Positions 23,010 to 33,215 of a DNA stretch of 64,000 nt are shown piece by piece (position 1 is the stretch's first letter; the number at the start of each line of letters is the position of its first letter). The position numbers and the translations under genes were made by a program. Origin of the DNA: an uncultured delta proteobacterium (lineage in GTDB: Bacteria > Desulfobacterota > Binatia > Binatales > Binataceae); contig CAVRVY010000002.1 in the NCBI GenBank assembly GCA_963724765.1, positions 384,001 through 448,000 of the forward strand, given 5' to 3'. A model generated the notes under the pieces. That model saw only the letters and a program-made list of their open reading frames with translations, made no database searches and had not been told where the DNA came from.

Positions 23010-24320
23010 ATGGCACGGATATCCAAAACGCTTGACTGGCTCTATTCGCTCGAGGGCCGCGGCGAGATCTACAAGCTCGAGCGCATGGACCAGGCGCTCG
23101 CGCTGATCGGCGATCCGCATCGGCGCTTGCGCGCGGTCCATATCGCCGGCACCAAGGGCAAGGGTTCGGTGGCCGCGATGCTCGACGCGATCGCGCGCGC
23201 CGCGGGGTTGCGTTGCGGGCTTTACACCAAGCCGCACCTGGTCCATCTGACCGAGCGCACCCGGATCGACGGCGCCGAGATGCCGGCGCGGCTGATCCTG
23301 GAGTACATCGAGCGGCTGCGTGCGATTTACGAACGCGCGGATCTTGCGCTCACCTTCTTCGAGTTCACGGTCGCGCTGATGTTCCTGTACTTCGCCGAGG
23401 CGTCGGTCGACCTCGCGATTATCGAGACCGGGCTAGGCGGGCGGTTGGACTCGACCAACGTGGTGACGCCGCTGGTCAGTGTGATAACGCCGATCGGCTT
23501 CGACCACATGGATCGCCTCGGCCACACGATCGCGGCGATCGCGGCCGAGAAGGGTGGCATCATCAAGCCCGGCGTGCCGGTGGTGATCGGCGCGCGCGAT
23601 CCCGAGGCGCGCCGGGTGCTGACGTCTTTAGCCGCACAACGCCAAAGCCCGGTCCGGATTGTGGACCGCGATTTCTCTTTTCGCTCCGGCGCACCCGCCC
23701 ATCTGCTTGACTATTTCGGTCTGGGGCTCGACCTTGAGCGAGTTGAGCTGGGGGTGGCCGGGCCGTTTCAGCATGAGAACGCCGCGACCGCGCTCGCCGC
23801 GGTCGAGGCCCTGCGGGCGCAAGGGTGGCGGTTGGAGGAGCGGGCGATACGGCAGGGGCTGAAGGAACTGCGCTGGCCCGGGCGGTTCGATGTGGTGTCG
23901 CGCCGGCCGCTGGTCATCCTTGATTGCGCGCACAACGAACTCAGCATTGGCGCGCTGCTTGAAACGATTGCCGTAGAGCTGGGGCCGCAGGTCAGGCCGC
24001 GCCTGGTCTTCGGCTGCCTCGAGGACAAGCAGTGGGCGAAGATGGCGGCCATGCTGGCGCCGCGCGTGCGCGACGTGACGCTGACACGGGCGCAGCCCAA
24101 ACGTCCGCTCGAGCCCGAGAATTTGCTGCCGCTGTTTTCCGCGCAGGTTCCCGCGCGCGTGGTGCGCGACCCACGCCGCGCGGTGGAGCAGGTGATATCG
24201 GAGAGCGGACCTGACGACGTTATCGTGGTGACTGGATCGGTCTACCTGGTGGGCGAGATATATCCATTCTTCCTCAAGCGGCAGGGACGGCGGGGGCTAT
24301 TTCCTGAAGCTGCTATGTAG
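23010..24320 (+). CDS. folC: Folylpolyglutamate synthase/dihydrofolate synthase
   Basis: HIAGTKGKGS, ETGLGGRLDSTNV, WPGRF, LDCAHN, TGSVYLVGE. Confidence 0.95.
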   Translation: MARISKTLDWLYSLEGRGEIYKLERMDQALALIGDPHRRLRAVHIAGTKGKGSVAAMLDAIARAAGLRCGLYTKPHLVHLTERTRIDGAEMPARLILEYIERLRAIYERADLALTFFEFTVALMFLYFAEASVDLAIIETGLGGRLDSTNVVTPLVSVITPIGFDHMDRLGHTIAAIAAEKGGIIKPGVPVVIGARDPEARRVLTSLAAQRQSPVRIVDRDFSFRSGAPAHLLDYFGLGLDLERVELGVAGPFQHENAATALAAVEALRAQGWRLEERAIRQGLKELRWPGRFDVVSRRPLVILDCAHNELSIGALLETIAVELGPQVRPRLVFGCLEDKQWAKMAAMLAPRVRDVTLTRAQPKRPLEPENLLPLFSAQVPARVVRDPRRAVEQVISESGPDDVIVVTGSVYLVGEIYPFFLKRQGRRGLFPEAAM

Positions 24321-24419
24321 AGCGCTGCTCGCGATATTGTTTGCGCTCGCGGCCGTGGGCGCACTCGCCCCGCCGCACGCCCATGCACGGGCAGTCCAGG
24401 CCGCGCACCGCGGCGTCGT

Positions 24420-25076
24420 ATGAGCGCGCTCCTCGCCGCGATCGTCCACTTCGTCGAGCGCACCGCGGCTATCGCGCGCACCGGGCTCGCGTTCAGTCCC
24501 CACGGCTTCGACGCCGAGCGTTACGAGGATCTGTTGCGCGAGGCGGCTGCGATGCGCGCGGCGCTCGACGGCGCGGGTCCCGAGGAGGCCGCCGAGCTTC
24601 TGCGCCGCTGGCGCGCCGAGGTGCGCGAGGGTTACGACGGCTACGTCACCACGGCCTCGGGATGCGGCGTGATCGCGTTCAATCAGCGCGGCGAGCTGCT
24701 GATGATCCTGCGCCCTAACGGCCGCTGGTGGTATCCAACCGGGTTCTGCGAGGTCGGGATGTCGCCGGCGGAGAACGTGGCCAAGGAGGCCCGGGAGGAG
24801 ACCGGGCTAATCGTGCGGCCGCTTTGCCTGATGGCGATCATCGACAGCCGCAAGGCCGGCTCGGTCCATCGCCACATTTATTCGCACCTGTTCTACTGCC
24901 GCATCGAGGGCGGCGAGCTCAGGCCCAACCCGCTCGAGGCGCTGGAGGCCGGCTTCTTCCCGTTGGATCAACTGCCCGAGCCGCTTCACGGAGTGGACCG
25001 CAAATGGATCGGCCTTGCGCGCGAGTTCCATTTCCAGGGCCGCCGCGAAACCTACTTCGATCCGCTCGACTCATAG
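24420..25076 (+). CDS. NUDIX hydrolase with N-terminal domain
   Basis: IARTGLAFS..FDAERY N-domain; Nudix box GFCEVGMSPAENVAKEAREETG. Confidence 0.9.
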   Translation: MSALLAAIVHFVERTAAIARTGLAFSPHGFDAERYEDLLREAAAMRAALDGAGPEEAAELLRRWRAEVREGYDGYVTTASGCGVIAFNQRGELLMILRPNGRWWYPTGFCEVGMSPAENVAKEAREETGLIVRPLCLMAIIDSRKAGSVHRHIYSHLFYCRIEGGELRPNPLEALEAGFFPLDQLPEPLHGVDRKWIGLAREFHFQGRRETYFDPLDS

Positions 25077-25105
25077 CCTTTCGATGACGCGGTGCTTGTG
25101 ACAAG

Positions 25106-25160
25106 TCAGGTCAGGCGGGATCAGATCGGTCAGGCCGGATCAGATCAGTTCAGGCGGATT
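25106..25160. repeat. Short imperfect tandem repeat (TCAGGC(G/C)GGATCAGATC) at the NUDIX/RES junction
   Basis: tcaggcgggatcagatcgg / tcaggccggatcagatcagt / tcaggcggat, read directly. Confidence 0.55.
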
Positions 25161-25863
25161 TGAGCGCCTCGATCGCCGGCACCGGAGTGCCTTTCCAGCA
25201 AAACCGATAGGTTGTCGACTTGCGCACGTTCATCACCAGCGGCGGCCGAAAGCATCCCAGGCACGCGCCGCCCTTGTGGCGCACGCTCGGATAAACCACG
25301 CCCAGCGAGCGCGCCCGGACGAGCAGCCGATGCGCCAGCTCCTGGGAGGCTACGTAGCTCGCGGGCGCGAGGCACTCGGCAAAGCGCTTGTCGCCACAAA
25401 GATCGTGGAACTCGGCGCTGAAGTCGGCGAGGAAATCGTCGTAGGTAACGACCTCGTCGAACCAGCCGACTTCCGCCAACTCGACCGATTTTCGAAACGC
25501 GACCTCGGCTTGGGCGGTTTCGAGCTCGAAGGCGGCGTACCAGGCGCCGCGCTCCGGCCCGTTGAAACGACTGCCCAGCGGATGCGCGTGGCCGAAGGCG
25601 GCGTTGACGATGCGATAGTACGGAACGCCAAACACGAGTTCATCGATGCCGATGCCAGGCAAAAGGCTATTTTCCGCCAGCAGCCGGTCGTTGGCGGCGT
25701 TATCGAGATCGAAGATGTCGCGCAGGTGCTTTGCGTCGTCAGCGATGGCGGCCAGGACGCTCGCGTCGTCGCCGGAGTATTTGGACGGGATCAGGCGATG
25801 TGTATCGAATTGGCGGACGAGCGTCATGCGCGGGAGCGGTGCGTCGCGGCGCGAGCGGGCCAC
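25150..25863 (-). CDS. RES domain toxin (NAD+ phosphorylase, MbcT/ParT-like)
   Basis: THRLIPS, GSRFN..GAWYAA..ETAQAEV, GVVYPSVRH (R-E-S residues). Confidence 0.85.
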   Translation of the reverse strand: MARSRRDAPLPRMTLVRQFDTHRLIPSKYSGDDASVLAAIADDAKHLRDIFDLDNAANDRLLAENSLLPGIGIDELVFGVPYYRIVNAAFGHAHPLGSRFNGPERGAWYAAFELETAQAEVAFRKSVELAEVGWFDEVVTYDDFLADFSAEFHDLCGDKRFAECLAPASYVASQELAHRLLVRARSLGVVYPSVRHKGGACLGCFRPPLVMNVRKSTTYRFCWKGTPVPAIEALKSA

Positions 25864-25883
25864 GTTCGCGCGACCCGCCCGGG

Positions 25884-26324
25884 CTACATCCCGCCGCGGC
25901 GCGCGTCGAGCAGCCGATGCACGGTCTGAATCGCGGGCATGCCGGCGCTCATCATGAAGGCGAGCGGCGTGCGCCCGGCGAAGATGCGGTTGCTGTTGGA
26001 TAGCTGCACCCAGGCGTCGGCCAGCTTCCTGGAATAGATGATGTTCAGCGCCTTGAATATGCCGACCAGGTGAGAAATTCGCAGCAGGCGGTCGGGGTCG
26101 AGCATCCGGCTGGCCGGCGCCTTCTTCATCTCGTAAAACGGCCCGTTCGAGATCCCGCCGAGCAGGACGCGGGCATCCTCGTCGCGCACCTTCCAGCGCG
26201 CCATGACGTTGAAGAATGCCCTGATCGCGGACGGGCTAAGCCGCTCACGTTCGGCCTTGGCGGAGAGGTCGATTAACGGCGAGGGCTCGTAGCGGGTGGC
26301 CGGATAGCTGAGAGCGAAAGACAT
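25884..26324 (-). CDS. Xre/MbcA/ParS-type antitoxin
   Basis: DRLLRISHLVGIFKAL..ADAWV..N..F.G.TPL..M..VHRLLDARRGG; directly upstream of the RES gene. Confidence 0.85.
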   Translation of the reverse strand: MSFALSYPATRYEPSPLIDLSAKAERERLSPSAIRAFFNVMARWKVRDEDARVLLGGISNGPFYEMKKAPASRMLDPDRLLRISHLVGIFKALNIIYSRKLADAWVQLSNSNRIFAGRTPLAFMMSAGMPAIQTVHRLLDARRGGM

Positions 26325-26424
26325 GATGGGTCTCCGTCTTAGGAGTATTGTTACTCCGATTGCGTAGACCGTCAACCGGGTGCGCGAAGACGAGAGCGGC
26401 GTCGAAGCGCGGTGCTGGCGGCGC

Positions 26425-27215
26425 TTAGCCGGCGGCGACCTGGCTGCGCTGGGCGACGCGCGCCGCAAACCACATCGCGGCCGCCGCAAAAACGAGGCTG
26501 ATCCCGACCGATGACGCCGCGCCCGGCAGCGCGCCCAGTGTGTGCGGCTCGGCCAGGTAGAGCGCGCGCCTCAACGCCGCCATCCCGTAGGTCAGCGGAT
26601 TGAGCCACATGACCCAGCGCAGCCAGACCGGCGCGCCGGCGGCCGGAAAGAACGCGCCGGACAGAAACCAGATCGGCACCAGGATCGAGTTCATGATCAG
26701 ATGAAACCCGCGGGTCGACTCGATGCGCCATGCGATCAGGAGCCCGATGCAGTTAAACGCGAACGCGATTATCGTCATCACGGCGATCGATGCAACTACC
26801 GCAACGGCGCTCAGATGGATTCCGGCGAGCGGCGCCAGCACCAGGAACACGCATCCCTGGAACAGCGCGAGCGTGGTGCCGCCCAGCGCCTGCCCCGCCA
26901 CCACCGTGTCGCGCGCGATCGGCGCGACCAGCACACCCTGCAGGAACCCCTGGCGGCGGTCGTCGACGGTCGCGATGGTGGCGAAGATCGCGGTGAACAG
27001 CAGCACCAGCATGATTACGCCGGGGTAGAAGTACTGCACGTAGTCGATCCCGAGGGCATCCCGCTCGGCTTGAACGAGGCCCGAAAGCCCCATCCGATTA
27101 GCACCCAGAAAATCAGCGGCTGCACGAACGACCCGATAATCACGCTGCGCTGGCGGCGAAAGCGCACGATCTCGCGCCACCACAGGGTCCACACTTGCAG
27201 GGCGATCCGGCCCAT
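26425..27215 (-). CDS. ABC-2 type transporter permease, with a frameshift at about 27050
   Basis: N-part MGRIALQVWTLWWREIVRF...KPSGMPSG joins IDYVQYFYPGV...LSGAFFP..NPLTYG if one G is added to the GGG run. Confidence 0.85.
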
Positions 27216-28216
27216 CAGCGGCCATCCTCTTCGCGCGTGCGGGTGACGAAACGATGGCCCGTTAAGTGAACGAAAACGTCCTCCAGCGTGGGCCGGCCGA
27301 AGGTCACCGATTCGATCTCGCCGCCGAATTCGTCGACCAGCCGTGCCACCAGTTCGTGTCCGCGCGGCCGTTCGATCCGCAGCGTGCCGTCGACCAGTGC
27401 CGCGTCGATCTGGAACCGACCGGCGATCTTCTGCGCCAGCGCCGCGGGGGCCGGCGCGCTTATGACCATCACGTCGCCGCCGACCCGTTGCTTGAGCTCG
27501 CCTGGCGGCGCGATCGCCACCAGCCGGCCCTGGTCGAGAATGCCGATGCGGTCGCAGCGCTCGGCCTCTTCCATGTAGTGCGTGGTAAGGACGATAGTGA
27601 CGCCGTCGCTTTCGCGCAGAAGCGTAAGCAGGTTGAAGAACTCGCGCCGTGCAGCGGGGTCAAGGCCGGTGCTCGGTTCGTCGAGCAGCAGCAGTTCGGG
27701 CTCGTGCAGCAGGGCCTTGGCCAGCTCGACCCGCCGGCGCAGTCCGCCCGAGAGCGCCTCGGCGAGGTCGCTCGCGCGATCGCTCACGTTCAGGCGCGCC
27801 AGCATCGCCTGCGTGCGTTCTTTGAGCCGCGCACCGTGCATCCCGTAGAGGTTGCCGTGGATCGTGAGGTTCTCGGCCACGGTCAGCTTGCCGTCGAGGC
27901 TGGGACTCTGGAAGACCACGCCGATCTTGCGCCGCAGCGCCTGGGTCGCGCCGCGCAAGTCGTAACCCAGGATGCGCGCGTTGCCGGACTGGATCGGCAC
28001 CAGGGTCGAGAGCAGCCGGAACAGCGTGCTCTTGCCGCCGCCGTTGGGGCCGAGAAAGCCGAAGATCTCGCCGCGCGCGATGATGAATTCGACCGCGCGG
28101 AGCGCCTGCCGATCGCCATAGCTGAAGTCGAGACCCGCGACTTCGATCGCGGGTTCGGCGGACATCTGCGCGGCGCGCTCAGCTTGCGACGCGCCCGTTG
28201 CTGCTGAAGCATTCAT
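27215..28216 (-). CDS. ABC transporter ATP-binding protein (DrrA-like)
   Basis: GPNGGGKST, LSGG, LLLDEPSTGLD, TTHYMEEA, PTLEDVF. Confidence 0.93.
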   Translation of the reverse strand: MNASAATGASQAERAAQMSAEPAIEVAGLDFSYGDRQALRAVEFIIARGEIFGFLGPNGGGKSTLFRLLSTLVPIQSGNARILGYDLRGATQALRRKIGVVFQSPSLDGKLTVAENLTIHGNLYGMHGARLKERTQAMLARLNVSDRASDLAEALSGGLRRRVELAKALLHEPELLLLDEPSTGLDPAARREFFNLLTLLRESDGVTIVLTTHYMEEAERCDRIGILDQGRLVAIAPPGELKQRVGGDVMVISAPAPAALAQKIAGRFQIDAALVDGTLRIERPRGHELVARLVDEFGGEIESVTFGRPTLEDVFVHLTGHRFVTRTREEDGR

Positions 28217-28312
28217 GTAGAGGACTCGACCGATGATTATTCCGCGCCGGGGCATCGGTAGCAATCCGCCCGGCAATCTTGTCCCGCGCACCTGCGTCCT
28301 GCGTGCGCGCGA

Positions 28313-29134
28313 TTGCGCGGACGCATCGGCTCGGCTAAAGCCTTGTGCCTTGTGAGTGAAGGGCGGCGCGCGCGGGTCGATTTTTTTCAACTATTCGAAC
28401 GAATGGGGCGCGGTCGCTTGCTCGATATCCCGGCCGGCGCGGGCGGCGAGTCGGCGCGGCTCGAGCGGATGGGCTTCGAGGTAGTCTCGGCCGATCTTTT
28501 TCCGCCGTCCGCTGGCGCGCCGGCCCCGCGATGGGTCCGCGCCGACTGCAACGCGCAGTTGCCCTTTCGCTCCGGCGCCTTCGACGCCGTGCTCTCGCGC
28601 GAGGGTATCGAGCATTTCGAAAACCAGGCCGGCTTCGTGCGTGAGTGCGCCCGCGTGTTGCGTCCCGGTGGCCGGATCGTGCTGACCACGCCCAACGTGA
28701 TGCACTTAAGTGCGCGGCTGAGCGCGATGCTTACCGGGCAGCGCACGATGCGCCGCGGACTGGCCAATGAAGTCGAGACGCTGCGCGCGCGCTCGGGGAG
28801 CCGCTTCTACCACGGGCATATTTTCCTTATCGATTATTTCCGCCTGCGCTACCTGATGCGCCTGGCGGGGCTCGGCGCGATCGAGGTCTACACCGATCGC
28901 TTCAGCCCGTCGTCGATCGCGCTTGCGCCGATAGCGCCGGCGATGTACGCGGCCTCACGCGGCGCGGTCGCCGCGTTTGCCCGCAAGGCGCGCCAGCATC
29001 GCCGCGCCGTCGCGCCGCCCGAGCTTACCGCCGAGATTATGCGCCACGTTTTCTCGCCCGCGCTCCTGTTCGGCAAGCGGATGATCGTGACCGCGGTGCG
29101 CGAAGCCGCACCCGCGAACGCGCTAAGACGCTGA
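28313..29134 (+). CDS. Class I SAM-dependent methyltransferase
   Basis: LLDIPAGAG, LPFRSGAFDAV, RVLRPGG..LTTPN; start uncertain. Confidence 0.85.
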   Translation: MRGRIGSAKALCLVSEGRRARVDFFQLFERMGRGRLLDIPAGAGGESARLERMGFEVVSADLFPPSAGAPAPRWVRADCNAQLPFRSGAFDAVLSREGIEHFENQAGFVRECARVLRPGGRIVLTTPNVMHLSARLSAMLTGQRTMRRGLANEVETLRARSGSRFYHGHIFLIDYFRLRYLMRLAGLGAIEVYTDRFSPSSIALAPIAPAMYAASRGAVAAFARKARQHRRAVAPPELTAEIMRHVFSPALLFGKRMIVTAVREAAPANALRR

Positions 29135-29917
29135 GGCCGCGCCCGAGGCGCCGCCCGCCTTGAGCATCGCGAAGAACTCACGGATGCGGTTGTAGTTCAC
29201 GCCGAAGTCGCCGGTGCCGTCGCGCGAGCGCGAACGCATCTCGACCAGGCTGCTGTTCGCGTCAGGGCCCGGACGCACCTGGATCACGAAGTCGTCGCGA
29301 AAGCGGAACAGCCGGGAGATCTCGACTCCCTCAATCGTTCGCGTCGCCGGGTCGATATAAACGATGAACCAACCCGGCGCCGATGGAATCTGATCGGTCA
29401 TCTGCCGGCCAACCAGGCGCGCGACGTTGGCCGCTGCTTTCACTGCGGCGAAGGCGTCGTCGGGCTTTTCGTCGAGCCGCAGCGGATCGAGCTTCGGATA
29501 ATACCTGGTCTGGATAGGCGCCAACCTGGCGCGGTCGTATTTCATCGAGTCGGCCGACAATCCCGGCGGATTAACGAACTGTGGCGGATTATCGTAGTCG
29601 GTGGTGATGTCGTTAATGTTCGGATACGGCATCGACCACCAGCGCCACATCGTGAATCCAACCGGGACGGCGACGAGCAGGCCCAGCACGATACCGGCGA
29701 CGGCCCTGGGCCGCCCGGGCCGGCGCTCGGGGGACGAGGTGCGGGCGAGACCTGCCAGTCCGAAGATCACTGCAAGGATCGCGATTACGAAGCTCAGCAG
29801 GAATGCCAGGAAGCCGGTCATGGGCGCGATCGCACCCTGACTCGCTCCCGCCACGCCCGTTGCGAACAGCACGATGGCGAATATCGCATTAAATATGGAA
29901 AGCCACGCCGGGATCAT
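29123..29917 (-). CDS. DUF1499 domain membrane protein
   Basis: Three N-terminal TMs, PNINDITTD..NPPQF, SRLFRFRDD, RSRSRDGTGDFGVN..RI. Confidence 0.85.
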   Translation of the reverse strand: MIPAWLSIFNAIFAIVLFATGVAGASQGAIAPMTGFLAFLLSFVIAILAVIFGLAGLARTSSPERRPGRPRAVAGIVLGLLVAVPVGFTMWRWWSMPYPNINDITTDYDNPPQFVNPPGLSADSMKYDRARLAPIQTRYYPKLDPLRLDEKPDDAFAAVKAAANVARLVGRQMTDQIPSAPGWFIVYIDPATRTIEGVEISRLFRFRDDFVIQVRPGPDANSSLVEMRSRSRDGTGDFGVNYNRIREFFAMLKAGGASGAASAS

Positions 29918-29970
29918 CGCGGGATATGCAGAGCTGGTCGGGATTCGATCATCGCCGCGAATTGTCCTCT

Positions 29971-31056
29971 TTAATTCCGCGGGTAACCGAATTCGTCGAA
30001 CATTTCAGGCCAGCGAGCTTGAACCAGCCCGCGCCAGTTGGCTGAATGCGTCTCGGCTGAATGCGTCGCGGAGGGTGGATTTTGTGCCATGTACGCGCTC
30101 ACCTTCGGCAATAGCGGGGACGGATCGCCCAGAGCCAGTCGTTCATATAGAAGCTCAATTGTGCGGCACGGGTCAGCAACCAGATCCTCGTAGCGGACGG
30201 TCTCAACCCGGTCGTCGGGCAGCGTCCGCAAGGCGCTTTGTAGCTTTCGCTCCAGCGTAAGCCGCGTTCCCAGAATCCGCTCGATCAGAACTTCCTGCGC
30301 GAGCGGTGCGGCTAGCGCATAGCGCTCCCACATGTTGCGCCAGAGCCTCAAAGTCGAAGCAAAAACGGCGCATGGCTCGCGCACCAGCCGAATGAACCTC
30401 GCGCCGGGGAAGAGCGTACAGAGCCTCGCAATCCGAAACGAGTTGGCCGGAGATTTGACCAGCAGCCGCTTGTTTGTACCACACACGTAGGCCGTCGCTT
30501 TCAGGATCCACGTAATCGCGCCGTTCCATCGAAGCTCCTGTGAAGGCTCGAAGAGGTCCGGGTCGCATAAGGCCTCGAACTGACGCAGCGCCGAGGGGAA
30601 TACGAAGGCTTCGTAGGGTGACGTCGCGCCCATGCAGAGCAGGGCGAACTCTTCCTCCTGCGGTGAGGAAGATGAAACGGTCATATCGCCGGTCGGCCGG
30701 GCCAGCCGTGTCGCAGCGGGCGCGCGATGGTGCGCGAGCAGGAATTGATGGGGATTGAAGCAGGCGTATGTGCTGGGAGCGGCAAAGTCCTCGTCCAGCG
30801 CGAGCAACTCGTGCAGCAGGGTCGTTCCGCTGCGCCAATGTCCTACGAGGAAGAGCGGCGGCCTGAGATCGAGTTGGTCCAGGGTGCGCCGGTACGTTCG
30901 CGCCTGGATTGTCCCGATCGCGGAGAACACGCTTGCGGTCAGCCAGAAGCGCAATTCGAGGGCGCGATCGATCGGGTCGGGATGACGTCCCCGGATACTG
31001 CGCCATGCGGAGAGATTCAGATTGAATACCGGCCGAGACCAGGCACCCGAACTCAT
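29971..31056 (-). CDS. Sulfotransferase family protein
   Basis: PLFLVGHWRSGTTLL PAPS loop, PQEEE, LVKSP, VREP, VRYEDLV. Confidence 0.9.
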   Translation of the reverse strand: MSSGAWSRPVFNLNLSAWRSIRGRHPDPIDRALELRFWLTASVFSAIGTIQARTYRRTLDQLDLRPPLFLVGHWRSGTTLLHELLALDEDFAAPSTYACFNPHQFLLAHHRAPAATRLARPTGDMTVSSSSPQEEEFALLCMGATSPYEAFVFPSALRQFEALCDPDLFEPSQELRWNGAITWILKATAYVCGTNKRLLVKSPANSFRIARLCTLFPGARFIRLVREPCAVFASTLRLWRNMWERYALAAPLAQEVLIERILGTRLTLERKLQSALRTLPDDRVETVRYEDLVADPCRTIELLYERLALGDPSPLLPKVSAYMAQNPPSATHSAETHSANWRGLVQARWPEMFDEFGYPRN

Positions 31057-32981
31057 CGAGAGGCGCCTGGAGGGTTGTTATTGAGCGCATTGCCAAAGCG
31101 CTGGTGGATGTCCGCTACCAGCGCCATCGTCATGCCGGGAGGATAAGGAGGATAAAGCGCGGGCATGGGGTGGTTTTCTTCGGGGTCACGGGCGATGTCG
31201 AAAAGCTCGACGCCGCCGGAGGGAAAATACCACACCAGATGATAGGGACCGGAATTCGCGGCGATCGACCCGACGGTGGGACGGCTAAAGGGATCCGATT
31301 GGGCGAGATACATCGAAAAGCTGGGTTGCGCCGCGGATGCCGCCTGCGTGGGCCCGATGAGCGAATGACCATCCATCCATGACGGCTTCCCGATTCCCAG
31401 CACGGCGAGAAGCGTGGGCGCGATATCGGCAAGGTCGCCGTCTTCGGATTCAGTATAGCCGCGGTTCTGGCCTGGCAACGAAATCAGCAGGGGAATGTGA
31501 GTCTCGGCATAGTGCAGATCCGGCGATTCGTGGCTCCACCAGCCGGCGGAGAAGTTCTCGCCATGATCGGCGGTCACAACCAGGACGGTATTCGCATCTC
31601 GACGGCTTGTCGCCATCCAGTCAAGGAATTCTCCCAGGGCGTTGTCGCATTCGGCGACACGCTCGTCGTAGCGGAGCCGCAGCAGATCGACGTCGTGCTG
31701 GATTTCCGGCGGATACTGCGACCCGGGCGTTTGCCAAAAGTACTGCGCTTGAGTGGTGAAGTCGGAACCCGGCAGAAAGCGGCCTAGAAAGCGCGGGTCC
31801 GTCACGTAGGGCGCATGAGGTGGGTACAGGTGAACCCACAGGAAGTAGGGCGTGCGCGCGCCGTCGATAAAGTCCCGGGCTGAGGCGAAGACCGCACGCG
31901 GCTCGACCCAGCTCACTTTGTTGAACAAGCCGAAAAGAGAGCTGAACCGAAGGAACGCGTTGACCGCAACGCCGTTGACGGCGTTGAAGAGCAGGCCATG
32001 CCGTAGCTGCAGCAGAAAGGTTCCAGGAAAAACCCATGACGACACCGGTGGCCAGGGCAAGCTCGAAAAGGAATCACCGAGCCGCAAAGCCAGGGGATGG
32101 GCCGCTGGATTGGTAACGATTGCCGCGGTGGTGTAGCCGCGTCGCCGCAGTATCCAGGCGATGTTGTCTTCGCGCAGGCGGTGAGGAACATGCCCATAGA
32201 GCTGGAACACCCGATTCGTCAGCGGGTACTGGCCGGTCAACAGCGACGCGACGGCCGGCGTGGTGAAATCCGAGGTCGAGACGAAATTGACGAAATTGTA
32301 GCTGCGATGGGCGAGCCGCTCAAATTGCGGAGTGGTCGGGAGTCTGTAGCCGTATAGTGACATGTCCTGCGCCGTCAGCGCATCGAAGCTGATCAGCACG
32401 ACGTTAGGCTTCGCCGATGGGTCTGGGGCAAAGCGCTGCGCCTGCGGCATCGGATCAAAGCTGCGCCAGCCAAAGCCCCCGGTAAGTAAGGGAATCAGCA
32501 GGAGCGGACAAACCGCCAGTACTATTTGCGCCGATTGGTTGAGCCGGTTGAACAGCGCGAAAGCACGCTGCCAACCGAAGAATGTAGGCAGGGCGATAGC
32601 CGCGAGGACGAGCGCCGCCTGCAGGCCGGCGCTCGCGACCCGGCCGATGATCACATTGAGAGGAAACAGCAACGCAAGGCCGCACAAGGTGGCGCTTGCG
32701 AGGGCAAGGAAGCCCGCACAATTGATATCGGCCCGATCATTCTCTGGTTTGCGCCACAGCTTGAGCGCATCACCCGCCGAAAGGATGAGCGCGAGAAATG
32801 CTGCGCACAAGACTTCGAGCAAAAGAACCGCCGAAATCTCCAGCGCCAGTTCCGCGACCGCACCCCTAACCGAGAGAAGATAGGACCACGGACGCAACTG
32901 CTGGATCGCGAGAACCGGCGCGAAAAAAAGGACCGTTGGTACTGCGAGGCCGCGAAACAGCAACCACCACCGCCCGCCCAT
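31053..32981 (-). CDS. Membrane-anchored sulfatase-like/alkaline phosphatase superfamily transferase
   Basis: Five N-terminal TMs; PNVVLISFDAL, FTTPAVASLLTG, HLYPPHAPY, TADHGE, DIAPT. Confidence 0.85.
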   Translation of the reverse strand: MGGRWWLLFRGLAVPTVLFFAPVLAIQQLRPWSYLLSVRGAVAELALEISAVLLLEVLCAAFLALILSAGDALKLWRKPENDRADINCAGFLALASATLCGLALLFPLNVIIGRVASAGLQAALVLAAIALPTFFGWQRAFALFNRLNQSAQIVLAVCPLLLIPLLTGGFGWRSFDPMPQAQRFAPDPSAKPNVVLISFDALTAQDMSLYGYRLPTTPQFERLAHRSYNFVNFVSTSDFTTPAVASLLTGQYPLTNRVFQLYGHVPHRLREDNIAWILRRRGYTTAAIVTNPAAHPLALRLGDSFSSLPWPPVSSWVFPGTFLLQLRHGLLFNAVNGVAVNAFLRFSSLFGLFNKVSWVEPRAVFASARDFIDGARTPYFLWVHLYPPHAPYVTDPRFLGRFLPGSDFTTQAQYFWQTPGSQYPPEIQHDVDLLRLRYDERVAECDNALGEFLDWMATSRRDANTVLVVTADHGENFSAGWWSHESPDLHYAETHIPLLISLPGQNRGYTESEDGDLADIAPTLLAVLGIGKPSWMDGHSLIGPTQAASAAQPSFSMYLAQSDPFSRPTVGSIAANSGPYHLVWYFPSGGVELFDIARDPEENHPMPALYPPYPPGMTMALVADIHQRFGNALNNNPPGASR

Positions 32982-32987
32982 GATGGT

Positions 32988-33215
32988 TTATTTTCCGGCC
33001 TCATGCGAAGCGCCGCGCGAATCGATTTTTTTCCATCGGTCACGAATGGATTTGGCGAATCTTCTTATTTCCTTACGGCAGTAGAAGACAAACGAAAGGA
33101 GAATCGCTGAGAGCGGGGCTAGAATTTGCGACAGGAATCCCCCTGCGTTGGGGTCAATGTAAGCCCAGCACTTGCCTCGCCAAAACAGCACAAGCGACAA
33201 CACGAGCGACAACAC
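32988..33215 (-). CDS. Small membrane protein with AYIDP motif (start uncertain)
   Basis: AYIDPNAGGFLSQILAPLSAILLSFVFY followed by a basic tail; abuts the sulfatase-like gene. Confidence 0.55.
   Translation of the reverse strand: MLSLVLSLVLFWRGKCWAYIDPNAGGFLSQILAPLSAILLSFVFYCRKEIRRFAKSIRDRWKKIDSRGASHEAGK

Noticed and set aside
30040-30070. 15-bp tandem repeat GGCTGAATGCGTC
   Set aside because: In-frame duplication (ATHSAETHSA) within the sulfotransferase tail; not a separate element
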